Of a stretch of DNA of 64,000 bases, positions 38,332-49,230 are shown one piece after another. A program made the translations under genes and the position numbers. Each line of letters opens with the position of its first letter. Within the stretch, counting starts at the first letter, position 1. Source of the DNA: an uncultured Alphaproteobacteria bacterium (GTDB lineage: Bacteria; Pseudomonadota; Alphaproteobacteria; Methylaequorales; Methylaequoraceae). Under the pieces are notes generated by a model. It searched no databases, had not been told where the DNA came from, and worked only from the letters and a program-made list of their open reading frames with translations. Location: positions 16,581 to 80,580 of the forward strand of contig CACBBU010000005.1 of assembly GCA_902537615.1 (NCBI GenBank). The letters are read 5' to 3'.

Positions 38332-39516
38332 ATGAAAAATATCCAAGAAGATTTTGAATTTACAAGCGAGTCCGTTTCAGAGGGACATCCAGATAAAGTC
38401 TGTGATCAGATATCCGACACCATTCTTGATCTGTTTATGGAAAAAGACAGTAACTCAAGAGTAGCATGTGAAACGCTAGCAACTACCAATAGGATAGTTC
38501 TAGCCGGAGAAATAAATCTAAAAAAAAAAAAAGATGAGATTAGTGAAAGCTTAATTGATGAGGTTGTTAGAAAAAAAGTTAAGGAGATTGGATATGAACA
38601 AAATGGCTTCCATTGGAAAAATTTAAGAATAGAAAATTTGCTTCATGACCAATCAACAGATATCTCACAAGGAGTTGATAAAGATGAGTCAAATGAATTT
38701 TATGGTGCTGGTGATCAAGGTATTATGTTTGGTTATGCATGTGATGAGACAGAAAGCTTTATGCCTGCGCCGATAGATTATAGCCATAAGATATTAAAAA
38801 CGCTTGCTAATTATCGACATAATAACGATTCTTTTTTTGGTCCTGACTCTAAAAGTCAAGTCAGTGTAGTTTACAAAAACAATAGACCAAAAAATATAAG
38901 CTCTATTATTGTGTCTAGCCAACATTCAGAGTCTGCTAACAATGACGAAATAAGAAAAAAAATTTTAGAGATTATTGAAGAAGCTATGCCAAATGTCGTG
39001 CTGCCTGCAGAGAAAAAAATTTTAATAAATCCAACTGGAAGATTTGTAATTGGTGGTCCTGACGGCGATGCTGGATTGACTGGAAGAAAAATTATAGTTG
39101 ATACATATGGTGGTGCCGCACCACATGGTGGAGGAGCATTTTCGGGGAAGGATTATACAAAGGTTGATAGATCAGCAGCATACATGGCAAGATATTTAGC
39201 AAAAAATATTGTAGCAAGTGGAGTTTCTAGCAAATGTTTAATTCAACTCTCATATGCCATAGGTGTTTCAGAACCGATTTCAATTTTTGTTCAAATTGAT
39301 GAGGAAAAAAGTATAAAAGTTCAAGAGTTAATTGATATCATAAAAAATAACTTTGATTTGTCGCCTTTTGGTATTAAGTCATTTTTAAAACTTGATAAAC
39401 CAATCTTTGCAGAGACTGCTTCATATGGTCATTTTGGAAGGAAATATGATGAATCCAAAGGAACTTTCACATGGGAATCACTCTCTAGCGTAGATTTATT
39501 TAGAAAAAATTTTTAA
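38332..39516 (+). CDS. metK: S-adenosylmethionine synthetase
   Basis: SESVSEGHPDK, GAGDQG and GGGAFSGKD motifs. Confidence 0.97.
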   Translation: MKNIQEDFEFTSESVSEGHPDKVCDQISDTILDLFMEKDSNSRVACETLATTNRIVLAGEINLKKKKDEISESLIDEVVRKKVKEIGYEQNGFHWKNLRIENLLHDQSTDISQGVDKDESNEFYGAGDQGIMFGYACDETESFMPAPIDYSHKILKTLANYRHNNDSFFGPDSKSQVSVVYKNNRPKNISSIIVSSQHSESANNDEIRKKILEIIEEAMPNVVLPAEKKILINPTGRFVIGGPDGDAGLTGRKIIVDTYGGAAPHGGGAFSGKDYTKVDRSAAYMARYLAKNIVASGVSSKCLIQLSYAIGVSEPISIFVQIDEEKSIKVQELIDIIKNNFDLSPFGIKSFLKLDKPIFAETASYGHFGRKYDESKGTFTWESLSSVDLFRKNF

Positions 39517-40178
39517 TGCTTAATTTCTACGGAAGAAGGCATCCTAGGAACATAAAGAACAATAAACTTAAAAACTTAGATGACTCTAATTTTTTTCTTG
39601 ATAAAAAAAATATAAAAAAATTCAACTCTACAATAAAAAAGTTTAAGAATTTTAATTTAGAGATTGGGTTTGGTAGGGGAGAAAATATTTTTGCTCAATC
39701 TTTAAAAAATACTAATGATTTATTCCTGGGTTGTGACCCGTATCTTAGTGGTTCTTTTTACTTATCAAAAAATATAAAAGCTAGTGGGTTAAAAAATCTT
39801 TTTTTTACAACCCTAGATTTTTTAGAACTATTTAAATTTTTAAAGGGTATTACCTTTAAAAGAATAATTATCATGTTCCCTGACCCGTGGCCAAAGATAA
39901 GGCATAAAAAAAGAAGATTGATTAACTCTAATTTTGTTAATCTTTTGGATTTAATAACTTTTGAAAAAACCAAAATAGTAGTTGTAACTGACCATGAGGA
40001 CTATTTAAATCAAATACTTTACGAGTTTTATAAAAGTAAATTCTTTGAACTTTCAACTGAGATTGTTAACTATGAGGTTGGAGTTTCTTTTGATATTGCT
40101 TTTACTAAATATTACAAGAAAGCAAAAAAAAGTAACAAAAAAGTATATTTTCTGCTTTTCGAAAAAAAAAAATCTTAA
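39516..40178 (+). CDS. trmB: tRNA (guanine-N7)-methyltransferase
   Basis: LEIGFGRGE and FPDPWPK.RHKKRRL motifs. Confidence 0.9.
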   Translation: MLNFYGRRHPRNIKNNKLKNLDDSNFFLDKKNIKKFNSTIKKFKNFNLEIGFGRGENIFAQSLKNTNDLFLGCDPYLSGSFYLSKNIKASGLKNLFFTTLDFLELFKFLKGITFKRIIIMFPDPWPKIRHKKRRLINSNFVNLLDLITFEKTKIVVVTDHEDYLNQILYEFYKSKFFELSTEIVNYEVGVSFDIAFTKYYKKAKKSNKKVYFLLFEKKKS

Positions 40179-40265
40179 AAAATTTTTTTAAAATCATTTA
40201 AGTTTCTTTAAAGTATTGGTATGAATTAACCTTAAATATTTGAAATAGTCCGAATTATTTAAATA

Positions 40266-41798
40266 ATGGAAGAAAAATTGGAAAAAAATGAAACAATAAT
40301 AGGCAAAAACCTTGAGATTCTTGATGTTGCTAAAACCATTGCGAAAGAGAAGGGAATTAGCGCGGAAGAAGTATTAGAAGCTATGGAGGTTGCAATAGCA
40401 AAAGCTGGAAGAACAAAGTATGGTTATGAATTAGATATTAGAGCACAAATAGACAAAGATTCAGGCTATATAGGTTTATTCAGATACAGAGAAATAGTTG
40501 AAAGTATAGAAGGTTTAGAAACCGAAGAAAATAATAACAAAATACTGCTAACTGATTTGCCTAAAGAAAAAAAAACAATGAAGATTGGAGAGTTTTTCGT
40601 TGAAGAACTCCCTCCTTTAGATTTTGGGCGCATTGCTGTTCAAACTGCAAAACACGTGATTTTTCAAAAAGTTAAAGAGGCTGAGCGTGTTGTTCAATTC
40701 AATGAATTTAAAGATAAAGTTGGCGAAATAGTTAATGGGATAGTTAAAAGAGTTGAATTTGGAAATTTGATTGTTGATTTAGGTAAAGGAGAAGCTATCT
40801 TAAAAAAAGATGAGCTTCTAAATAGAGAAATTTTTAGGCGTTCTGATAGAATAAGAGCTTACATTACCGAAGTTAAATTTGATCTTAAAGGTCCCCAAAT
40901 TTTTTTATCAAGAGCACATAATAATTTTCTCGTAAAGCTTTTTGAGCAAGAAGTTCCAGAAATTTATGACGGAATAATTGAAGTTAAATCCGTAGCTCGC
41001 GATCCTGGAAGTAGAGCAAAAATTGCTGTTTTTACAAAAGAAAAAAGTATTGACCCGGTCGGAGCGTGTGTTGGTATGAGGGGTAGTAGAGTTCAAGCAG
41101 TTGTTAATGAATTACAGGGTGAAAAAATTGACATAGTTTTATGGTCCGAGGACATTGCAACTTTTATTGTTAATGCACTGGGGCCTGCGGAAGTAGAAAA
41201 AGTTGTAATAGAAGAGGATTTGAAAAAAATTGATGTGATAGTTCCTGATGAACAACTCAGCCTTGCGATTGGAAGAAAAGGCCAAAACGTTCGTTTAGCC
41301 AGTTCTTTGTCAGGATGGAGCATTGATATTCTTACAACCTCTCAAGAGTCAGAAAAAAGAAGTGAGGAGTTTAAAACTTTATCTCAAGGTTTTATTGATA
41401 ACTTAGACGTTGACGAAGTGATTGCACACCTTCTGGTGACTGAGGGTTTCTCTTCAATTGATGAGGTGGCAATGGTGTCAACTGATGAACTGGCGTCTAT
41501 AGAGGGTTTTGACCAAGAACTAGCTAAAGAACTTATAAATAGAGCTAACAACTTTATAGAAAAAGTTAAAAAAGAAAATTTAGAAGCATTGAAATCCTCG
41601 GGAGTTGAGGACTATTTACTAAATCATAACTTACTAACTACCGATCAACTATTAAAATTAAGAGAAAATGATATTATTACAAGAGATCAACTTGCTGACT
41701 TATCAAGCGACGAATTGATTGATATATTAACTGACCTAGAGGGTGACAAGGCAGACAAGATAATTTTAGAATCAAGGGAACACTGGTTTAAAGATTAA
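40266..41798 (+). CDS. nusA: Transcription termination factor NusA
   Basis: FGRIAVQTAK, ARDPGSRAK, GACVGMRGSR and AIGRKGQNVRLA motifs. Confidence 0.97.
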   Translation: MEEKLEKNETIIGKNLEILDVAKTIAKEKGISAEEVLEAMEVAIAKAGRTKYGYELDIRAQIDKDSGYIGLFRYREIVESIEGLETEENNNKILLTDLPKEKKTMKIGEFFVEELPPLDFGRIAVQTAKHVIFQKVKEAERVVQFNEFKDKVGEIVNGIVKRVEFGNLIVDLGKGEAILKKDELLNREIFRRSDRIRAYITEVKFDLKGPQIFLSRAHNNFLVKLFEQEVPEIYDGIIEVKSVARDPGSRAKIAVFTKEKSIDPVGACVGMRGSRVQAVVNELQGEKIDIVLWSEDIATFIVNALGPAEVEKVVIEEDLKKIDVIVPDEQLSLAIGRKGQNVRLASSLSGWSIDILTTSQESEKRSEEFKTLSQGFIDNLDVDEVIAHLLVTEGFSSIDEVAMVSTDELASIEGFDQELAKELINRANNFIEKVKKENLEALKSSGVEDYLLNHNLLTTDQLLKLRENDIITRDQLADLSSDELIDILTDLEGDKADKIILESREHWFKD

Positions 41799-41799
41799 A

Positions 41800-44166
41800 A
41801 TGGAAGAGAATAAAGATAAAAAAACAGAAAATACAGGTAAACTTCAACTTAAGAAAACATTTAATGTTGGACAAATTAAACAAAGTTTTTCTCACGGGCG
41901 AACTCGGTCTGTTTCTGTTGAAGTAAAAAAAAAAAGAGTTCTCCGAGGCTTAGATGAAAATAATGAATTAACAAAAAAGGTGTTTAAAGAAGATAATGAT
42001 TTGGAAAAAATCAGCAAAAATGAAAAATTAGATTATCAAAAAGATCAAAAAAAAAATGATCATAAGTTCAAGAGAGCAGCTACTGAAAAGCCAAATTTGG
42101 ATAAGCAAAAAGAAAAACTTGATCAATCTGATAAAAAAAATTTAAAAAAATTTTCTGGTAATCAAAGTGATAGACCTAATTTTTCAAATCCTCAAAATGA
42201 AAAAGAAGAAAAGTTTAAGTCCCAAAAGTTTGCTAAAGTTCCAAAAAGTTTTGAAAATAGAAGACAAGGAAAACTTACAATTTCTCAGGCTCTGAATGAA
42301 GAGAACGAGAAAGTACGGTCTCTTGCAGCCGTAAGGCGCGCAAGAGAAAAAGCAAAACTGAGGAATCTTAATAATTTAGAAAACAAAGATGCCTTAGAAA
42401 GCAAAGAAAGAAAGAAAAAAGAAATAATAATTCCTGACTTGATAGGTGTTGGTGAGTTAGCGTCAAGAATGGCTGAGAAGTCATCAACTCTTATAAAAAT
42501 GCTTATGAAGTTGGGTGTAATGAGCACAATTAACGAGACAATTGATGGTGATACAGCAGAACTTCTGGTTATTGAGCTAGGCCACACCCCAAAGAGAGTA
42601 AGTGAATCTGACGTTGAGTTGGGGCTGGGTGGAAAAGAAGATACGGACAAAGATCTTGTATCTAGACCTCCAGTAGTTACTATAATGGGTCATGTTGACC
42701 ACGGTAAAACATCAATACTAGATGCAATTAGAGAGAAAAAAGTAGCATCAACAGAGGCAGGAGGAATTACTCAACACATAGGCTCTTACATAGTTGAGAG
42801 TAGAAAAAAAAAAATTACTTTCATTGATACACCTGGTCACGCGGCATTCAGTCAAATGCGAGCTAGAGGGTCAAATATAACCGATATAATAATATTAGTA
42901 GTTGCAGCTGATGATAGTGTTAATGAGCAAACAGTTGAAGCAATAAGTCATGCAAAAGCTTCAAAGTGTCCCATAATTGTTGCAATAAATAAAATTGATC
43001 TTGAAACATCAAATCCCCAAAAAGTTGAGAATGATTTGATGAAACACGAAATCATAAGTGAAAAAATGGGTGGAGAAAACGTTTTTATAAATGTATCTGC
43101 AAAAACGAAAGAGGGATTAGACGAACTTTTAGATGCCATACAACTGCAGGCAGAAATCATGGAGTTAAAAGCAAATCCAAATAGGTCAGCCGAAGGATCG
43201 GTTATTGAATCCAAAATTGAAAAAGGAAAGGGTACGGTTGTTTCTATTTTAATAGAAAAAGGAACACTAACTGTAGGAGATGTTGTTGTTGTGGGAAAGG
43301 AATGGGGAAAAGTAAGAGCTTTGTATGATGATGAAGGAAAACGATTACAAATGGCTTTACCAAGTTATCCTGTTGAAGTAGTCGGTTTGTCAGGTGCACC
43401 TGAATCTGGAGAAAAACTTGTTGTTGTTGAGAGTGAAGCAAGAGCAAGAGAAGTTACTCAATATAGATCAAGAATGAAAAGAATTGAAGAAAATTCAACT
43501 GTTAAAAGAGTATCAATTGATCAAATGCTTCAAGATAGCTCAGGAGAGCAGAAGGTTCTTATTTCAGTAATTATAAAAACAGATGTTCATGGATCTAAAG
43601 AAGCAATTGAACAAAGTTTAAAAAAAATGAATTCTGAAAAAGTTGAAATAAAAATAATACACTCTGGTGTTGGTGAAATTAACGAATCAGATGTTACCTT
43701 AGCTACGGCATCTGAAGCGAGAATTTTTGGTTTTAATGTCAAAGCAAATGTTCAGGCAAAAAGTTTGTCTAAAAGAGAGAAAATATCTATTAGATACTTC
43801 AGTATTATTTATGAAGTCATTGATGAAGCTCAAAAAATAATTGAAGGAATGTTTGAGGAAGACTTTAAAGAGGAACTAGTTGGCAAGGGAACAATAAAAA
43901 AAGTGTTTGAGATGTCTGATTCTTCCAAAGTTGCAGGATGTTCAATAGATGAAGGAAAAGTAACAGCAAAATCTTTTGTTAAAATTTTTAGAGAAGAAAA
44001 GTTAGTTAGCGAGGTTGATATTGAAAGTTTGAGAAGAGAAAAGAACCAAGTCAAGGAAGTTTTATCAGGTTTAGAGTGTGGAATAGCACTTTATAAATTT
44101 AATGAAATTCAAGAAAACGATAAATTACAATTTTACCTAAGAGTTAATAATGATAAGGCAAAATGA
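41800..44166 (+). CDS. infB: Translation initiation factor IF-2
   Basis: MGHVDHGKT, DTPGH and NKID motifs. Confidence 0.97.
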   Translation: MEENKDKKTENTGKLQLKKTFNVGQIKQSFSHGRTRSVSVEVKKKRVLRGLDENNELTKKVFKEDNDLEKISKNEKLDYQKDQKKNDHKFKRAATEKPNLDKQKEKLDQSDKKNLKKFSGNQSDRPNFSNPQNEKEEKFKSQKFAKVPKSFENRRQGKLTISQALNEENEKVRSLAAVRRAREKAKLRNLNNLENKDALESKERKKKEIIIPDLIGVGELASRMAEKSSTLIKMLMKLGVMSTINETIDGDTAELLVIELGHTPKRVSESDVELGLGGKEDTDKDLVSRPPVVTIMGHVDHGKTSILDAIREKKVASTEAGGITQHIGSYIVESRKKKITFIDTPGHAAFSQMRARGSNITDIIILVVAADDSVNEQTVEAISHAKASKCPIIVAINKIDLETSNPQKVENDLMKHEIISEKMGGENVFINVSAKTKEGLDELLDAIQLQAEIMELKANPNRSAEGSVIESKIEKGKGTVVSILIEKGTLTVGDVVVVGKEWGKVRALYDDEGKRLQMALPSYPVEVVGLSGAPESGEKLVVVESEARAREVTQYRSRMKRIEENSTVKRVSIDQMLQDSSGEQKVLISVIIKTDVHGSKEAIEQSLKKMNSEKVEIKIIHSGVGEINESDVTLATASEARIFGFNVKANVQAKSLSKREKISIRYFSIIYEVIDEAQKIIEGMFEEDFKEELVGKGTIKKVFEMSDSSKVAGCSIDEGKVTAKSFVKIFREEKLVSEVDIESLRREKNQVKEVLSGLECGIALYKFNEIQENDKLQFYLRVNNDKAK

Positions 44167-44548
44167 TTTAAAACTATTTAAAGTTCCACGAAAAAACTCT
44201 AGGATTGAAAAATTAACTCAGCTAATTAAAAAAACTTTAGGTGAGATTTTCTTGAATCAAGATTTTAGAGATAGTGAAGGAAATAACCTGCTGATTTTTA
44301 TTGATGAAGTAGTGCTTTCAAAAGATGGAAAAATTGCTACAGTTTTTTTGACCAACTTTTCTAAACAAAATAATTTAAGTGAAAATCAATCTCTAAGACT
44401 AATTGACGATAATTTGATAAAGGTAAAAAAAGAATTCTCAGAAAAAATTGTCTTACGATATACCCCTAAATTGAAATTTCGTTTTGATTATTTGAGAAAA
44501 AAATCTTTTGAAATTGATAAAATTATTGATGACTTATCAAGACCTTAG
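44150..44548 (+). CDS. rbfA: Ribosome-binding factor A
   Basis: LRYTPKLKF motif; between infB and truB. Confidence 0.8.
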   Translation: MIRQNDLKLFKVPRKNSRIEKLTQLIKKTLGEIFLNQDFRDSEGNNLLIFIDEVVLSKDGKIATVFLTNFSKQNNLSENQSLRLIDDNLIKVKKEFSEKIVLRYTPKLKFRFDYLRKKSFEIDKIIDDLSRP

Positions 44549-44557
44549 AATGTTGTT

Positions 44558-45457
44558 ATGAAAGAAAACAAATTTAACGGATGGATTTTTTTAGACAAGC
44601 CAGTAGGGATTTCCTCAAATAAAGCTTTACAAAAAGTAAGAAAAATCTTTCATTACTGTAAAGCAGGTTATGTTGGTACACTAGATCCTCTTGCATCTGG
44701 GTTTCTTCCTATTGCGTTGGGAAAATCAACAAAAACAATAAAATATTTATCTGATATCAACAAAGAGTATGTTTTTGAAGTTACCTGGGGTACACGCACA
44801 TCCACGGGTGATCTTGAAGGTGAAATAACGAAGATTAATAAAACATATCCTTCGCCAGAACAAATCAGAAGTACGGTTAAAAGTTTCATTGGAGATTATA
44901 ATCAAGCTCCACATAAATTTTCATCAAAAAAAGTAAATGGAATGAAGGCTTATGAACTTGCCAGAAAAAAAATTAATGTTGATTTAAAAAAAGAAAAAAA
45001 GAAGATAATAGATCTTAAAATCATTAATCAGGTTTCAAATTCTAAAACGTTATTTTATGTTAAATGTAGTGCTGGCACTTACATAAGAAGTTTAGCAGAG
45101 GATATGGCTAAGACTTTAAACACATTTGGTGTAATATCGTCATTGAGACGTGTTGGATTTGGTAATTTGGATAAAAAACTTATTTCACTAGATTATTTGT
45201 TGAGTTTAGTGCATATTGAGTGTCTTTTGAGTATATTAAAACCTGTTGAAAAGGTTTTTAACGAATTTAACCAGATTCATTTGGATATGAATGAAGTTGC
45301 TCTTATATTAAATGGAAGGCCAATTGAAATGAGTAAAATTAATGATTTTTGTGGACAACTTACATTAGCCAAATTTAAAGATAAATTAGTTGCAGTGGGT
45401 TATTTAAAAAACGGTAATTTTTATCCAAAGAATTTGTTGAATAATTTTTTTGTTTGA
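44558..45457 (+). CDS. truB: tRNA pseudouridine(55) synthase
   Basis: LDKP, GTLDPLASG and GTYIRSL motifs. Confidence 0.93.
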   Translation: MKENKFNGWIFLDKPVGISSNKALQKVRKIFHYCKAGYVGTLDPLASGFLPIALGKSTKTIKYLSDINKEYVFEVTWGTRTSTGDLEGEITKINKTYPSPEQIRSTVKSFIGDYNQAPHKFSSKKVNGMKAYELARKKINVDLKKEKKKIIDLKIINQVSNSKTLFYVKCSAGTYIRSLAEDMAKTLNTFGVISSLRRVGFGNLDKKLISLDYLLSLVHIECLLSILKPVEKVFNEFNQIHLDMNEVALILNGRPIEMSKINDFCGQLTLAKFKDKLVAVGYLKNGNFYPKNLLNNFFV

Positions 45458-45471
45458 AAGGATTTAGGACT

Positions 45472-45711
45472 GTGGCAAAAAAAGATGAAATTACAAATAA
45501 AAACGTTGGTGGGAGTGAATTTCAGATTACCTTGTTTACCAATAGAATTAAAAAATTAACTGAGCATCTTAAGCTTAACAAAAAAGATGAAAATACTAGA
45601 AGAGGTTTAATGAAATTAGTTGGGAAGCGAAAAAGACTTTTGAGCTATGTTAAAAGAAAAAGTAACGATAATTATGAGTCGCTTATTAAATCTCTGGGCT
45701 TAAGACGCTAA
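45472..45711 (+). CDS. rpsO: 30S ribosomal protein S15 (short N-terminus; GTG at 45472 or TTG at 45454)
   Basis: SEFQI...RIKKLTEHL...KD...RRGL..LVGKRKRLL.Y...LGLRR. Confidence 0.92.
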   Translation: MAKKDEITNKNVGGSEFQITLFTNRIKKLTEHLKLNKKDENTRRGLMKLVGKRKRLLSYVKRKSNDNYESLIKSLGLRR

Positions 45712-45729
45712 ATTACTGGAGATAATAAG

Positions 45730-47799
45730 ATGTTTAATGTATCAAGTGTCCAACTAGACTGGCAGGGACTCAACTTAAAATTAGAAACAGGTATGATTGC
45801 CAGACAATCCGATGGAGCTGTTTTAGCCACGCTAGGTGGCACAAGTGTTTTGTGCACTGTCAATGCTTCAAGAGAATCTGATCCGAGTAAAGATTTTTTT
45901 CCCTTATCTGTTCATTACATAGAAAAAGCATATGCTGCTGGAAAGATTCCTGGAGGTTTCTTTAAAAGAGAGGGGAGACCGTCAGAAATAGAGATTTTAA
46001 ACTCAAGGCTTATTGATAGACCAATGAGACCTCTTTTTCATAAAGACTTTAAAAATGAAACGCAAATAATATGTACAGTACTAAATTATGATGGGGAAAA
46101 CGATCCCGCAATTTGCTCTTTGATAGGTGCATCGGCGGCAACAACTATTGCTGGTTTACCCTTTCTGGGACCTATTGCAGCTGCGAGGGTTGGTTTCTCT
46201 AACGGTGAATTTATTTTAAATCCTACAAGAGAGGAACTAAATGAAAGTGAACTAGATTTAGTTGTTTCAGGAACAAAAAGTGGTGTTTTGATGGTTGAGT
46301 CAGAAGCAAAAGAATTATCTGAAGAAATAATGCTTGGAGCTGTCCAATTTGGTCACAAGGAGTCTCAGTGCGTAATAGATAAAATTATAGAACTCGCTGA
46401 AAAATCAGCTAAAGATTCATGGGAAGTAAAGTCTAAAGAAAAACTTACGTTTCACTCTGATCTTGAAACATTAACTAGAAAAACTTTTGAACCTCTATAT
46501 AAAATTAAAGAAAAGAAGAAAAGAAATGATTCATTAAATGAGGCAAGAAGCCAAATAGTGAGTAAATTTTCAGAAGACGAAAGTGATTTACACGAAATTA
46601 ATGATTCAATTAAAAATATTGAGAAAGAGATTGTTAGAGGGTCAATTCTGAAAACAGAGAAAAGGATTGATGGAAGAGACCTGGATACTGTGAGAGATAT
46701 TGATGTTAAGGTTGATATTTTAGATAATGTACATGGAAGTGCTTTGTTTACAAGAGGAGAAACTCAGGCACTAGTTACCACCACTCTAGGTACAAGTTCT
46801 GATGAGCAGATGCTTGACACTTTAGATGGTGACCTTAAGGAAAAATTTCTTCTTCACTATAATTTTCCTCCTTTCTCAGTAAATGAAGTTGGAAGAATCG
46901 GTTCCACTGGCAGAAGGGAAGTTGGACATGGAAAGCTTGCGTGGCGTTCAATAAACCCAGTCCTAAGAGAAGTAAATGATTTTCCTTATACATTAAGAGT
47001 TGTATCAGAAATAACTGAATCTAATGGCTCATCTTCAATGGCAACAGTTTGTGGTACATCCTTGTCTTTAATGGATGCTGGTGTTCCTATCAATAAACCA
47101 GTTGCGGGCGTAGCTATGGGACTAATTAAAGAAGAAGATAACTTCGCTGTTTTAACAGACATCCTTGGAGATGAAGACCATCTCGGCGATATGGATTTTA
47201 AGGTCGCAGGCACTAGTGAAGGGATTACAGCACTTCAGATGGATATAAAAGTTGATGGTATAACCCAAGAAATAATGAATGTTGCTTTATCCAAAGCATT
47301 AGTAGCTAGAAAACATATATTAAAAGAGATGAATAAAGTTATACAGAAAGCTCGAGATGGAACTAAGCCAAGTGCTCCTAAAATTTTCAATATAAAAATT
47401 GATAAGTCCAAAATTAGAGAAGTTATCGGTTCCGGTGGAAAAGTTATCAAGGATATATGTGAAAAATCTGGTGCGAAAGTAGAAATTGACGATAATGGAC
47501 TTATTTCTATATTTTCTTCAACATCTAAAGAAGGTGAGGTGGCCAGAGAGATGATAAATAATATTGTTGCTGAACCGGAAATTGGTAAAATTTATGAGGG
47601 GAAAGTTGTGAAGACAACTGACTTTGGAGCCTTTGTTAATTTTCTAGGATCTAAGGATGGGTTAGTTCACATTAGCCAACTGAAAGAAGAGAGAGTTGAA
47701 AAAACAACAGATGTTGTAAATGAAGGTGATGTAGTGAAGGTAAAAGTTATTGGTGTTGACGATAGAGGTAAGGTAAAGTTAAGTATCAAAGAAGTTTAA
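45730..47799 (+). CDS. pnp: Polyribonucleotide nucleotidyltransferase
   Basis: [22 protein letters not shown] and DMDFKVAG motifs; KH and S1 domains. Confidence 0.97.
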   Translation: MFNVSSVQLDWQGLNLKLETGMIARQSDGAVLATLGGTSVLCTVNASRESDPSKDFFPLSVHYIEKAYAAGKIPGGFFKREGRPSEIEILNSRLIDRPMRPLFHKDFKNETQIICTVLNYDGENDPAICSLIGASAATTIAGLPFLGPIAAARVGFSNGEFILNPTREELNESELDLVVSGTKSGVLMVESEAKELSEEIMLGAVQFGHKESQCVIDKIIELAEKSAKDSWEVKSKEKLTFHSDLETLTRKTFEPLYKIKEKKKRNDSLNEARSQIVSKFSEDESDLHEINDSIKNIEKEIVRGSILKTEKRIDGRDLDTVRDIDVKVDILDNVHGSALFTRGETQALVTTTLGTSSDEQMLDTLDGDLKEKFLLHYNFPPFSVNEVGRIGSTGRREVGHGKLAWRSINPVLREVNDFPYTLRVVSEITESNGSSSMATVCGTSLSLMDAGVPINKPVAGVAMGLIKEEDNFAVLTDILGDEDHLGDMDFKVAGTSEGITALQMDIKVDGITQEIMNVALSKALVARKHILKEMNKVIQKARDGTKPSAPKIFNIKIDKSKIREVIGSGGKVIKDICEKSGAKVEIDDNGLISIFSSTSKEGEVAREMINNIVAEPEIGKIYEGKVVKTTDFGAFVNFLGSKDGLVHISQLKEERVEKTTDVVNEGDVVKVKVIGVDDRGKVKLSIKEV

Positions 47800-47800
47800 T

Positions 47801-49201
47801 ATGAAAAAAATAGACACTATTGTTTTGTCAGGAAAAGAAAGCTTACCTCTCATTGAGGGGGGTAAAGGTATAGCAATTAGTAGTGGAGAAAGTTCTGGTG
47901 CATGGGCTAAGGCAGGTGGAGTTGGTACTTTTTCAGGAGTTAACGCTGATTCTTATGATAAAAATGGAAATTTGATACCTCAAGTTTATAAAGAAAAAAC
48001 TAGATCAGGTAGACATAGAGAGTTAATTGATTTTTCAGTTTCTGGAGCTATAGAGCAAGCAAGAATCGCAAGAGACATTGCTGGAAAAAAAGCTCCAATT
48101 CACATTAACATATTGTGGGAAATGGCAGCGGCGGAGGAAATATTGACTAGAACACTTGAAGAAGCAAGTGATATAATTGATGGAGTTACATGTGGTGCGG
48201 GAATGCCCTACAAGTTGTCGGATATAGCCGCTAGATTTGGGATATTCTACTATCCAATTGTCTCCTCTGCTAGAGCCTTTAATGCATTGTGGAAAAGGTC
48301 TTACAGAAAAACTGCGGAATTTCTCGGCGGTGTTGTTTATGAGGACCCTTGGTTGGCTGGCGGACACAATGGTCTATCAAACAGCGAAGATCCTTTGAAA
48401 CCACAACCACCTTATGAAAGAGTAAGAGACCTTCGTAGTTTGATGAATGAATTTGGACTTCATGAAACACCAATTATTATGGCTGGAGGAGTTTGGAATT
48501 TATCCGAATGGGAAGATTGGATTGATAATAATGAAATAGGAAAAATTGCTTTCCAATTTGGAACGAGACCACTGTTAACAAAAGAAAGTCCGATACCAGA
48601 TGCATGGAAAAAAAAGCTCATGACAATTAAAAAGGGTGAAGTAAGTCTTCATAAATTTAGTCCAACGGGATTTTACTCTTCAGCTGTTAAAAATAACTTT
48701 CTGCTTGAACTTGAAGAGAGATCAAAAAGACAAACTCCTTTTCTAAAGGAGCAGACAAACGAGTTTAATGAAAAAATTGAAATTGGACCAAGAAAAAGAA
48801 CTTTTTATGTCAAAAATTGCGATAAACCTAGAATTGTAGAATGGATAAAAAAAGGTTTTTCAAAACCAATGACTACACCAAACAACACATTAATTTGGGT
48901 AACAATAAAAAAAGCTAGCCAGATTGTTAAAGACCAAATTGATTGCATGGGTTGTTTATCCCAATGCTTATTCAGTAATTGGTCTCAAGAAGAAGGAGGA
49001 ACTACTGGCAAAAAAGCTGACCCAAGATCTTTTTGTATACAAAAAACTCTTCAGAAAATTAGTCATGGTCTTTCAAATCTAGAAAACGAGTTAATGTTTG
49101 CAGGTCATTCAGTTTATAGATTTGCGATGGATCCTTTTTATAAGGGTGGATTTGTCCCAAAAGTAAATCAACTTATTGACAGAATTATGAAGGGATTGTA
49201 A
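47801..49201 (+). CDS. Nitronate monooxygenase/FabK-superfamily flavoprotein with a C-terminal Cys cluster
   Basis: IEGGKG, GAGMP, LAGGHNG, QFGTR and CMGCLSQC...FCI motifs. Confidence 0.8.
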   Translation: MKKIDTIVLSGKESLPLIEGGKGIAISSGESSGAWAKAGGVGTFSGVNADSYDKNGNLIPQVYKEKTRSGRHRELIDFSVSGAIEQARIARDIAGKKAPIHINILWEMAAAEEILTRTLEEASDIIDGVTCGAGMPYKLSDIAARFGIFYYPIVSSARAFNALWKRSYRKTAEFLGGVVYEDPWLAGGHNGLSNSEDPLKPQPPYERVRDLRSLMNEFGLHETPIIMAGGVWNLSEWEDWIDNNEIGKIAFQFGTRPLLTKESPIPDAWKKKLMTIKKGEVSLHKFSPTGFYSSAVKNNFLLELEERSKRQTPFLKEQTNEFNEKIEIGPRKRTFYVKNCDKPRIVEWIKKGFSKPMTTPNNTLIWVTIKKASQIVKDQIDCMGCLSQCLFSNWSQEEGGTTGKKADPRSFCIQKTLQKISHGLSNLENELMFAGHSVYRFAMDPFYKGGFVPKVNQLIDRIMKGL

Positions 49202-49230
49202 TTTTTTTGGATTTAATTTATATTATAACT

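Noticed and set aside
44660-44700. TruB motif reads GYVGTLDP rather than GHxGTLDP
   Set aside because: The catalytic Asp and other motifs are intact. One substitution in a divergent AT-rich genome does not indicate a new function.
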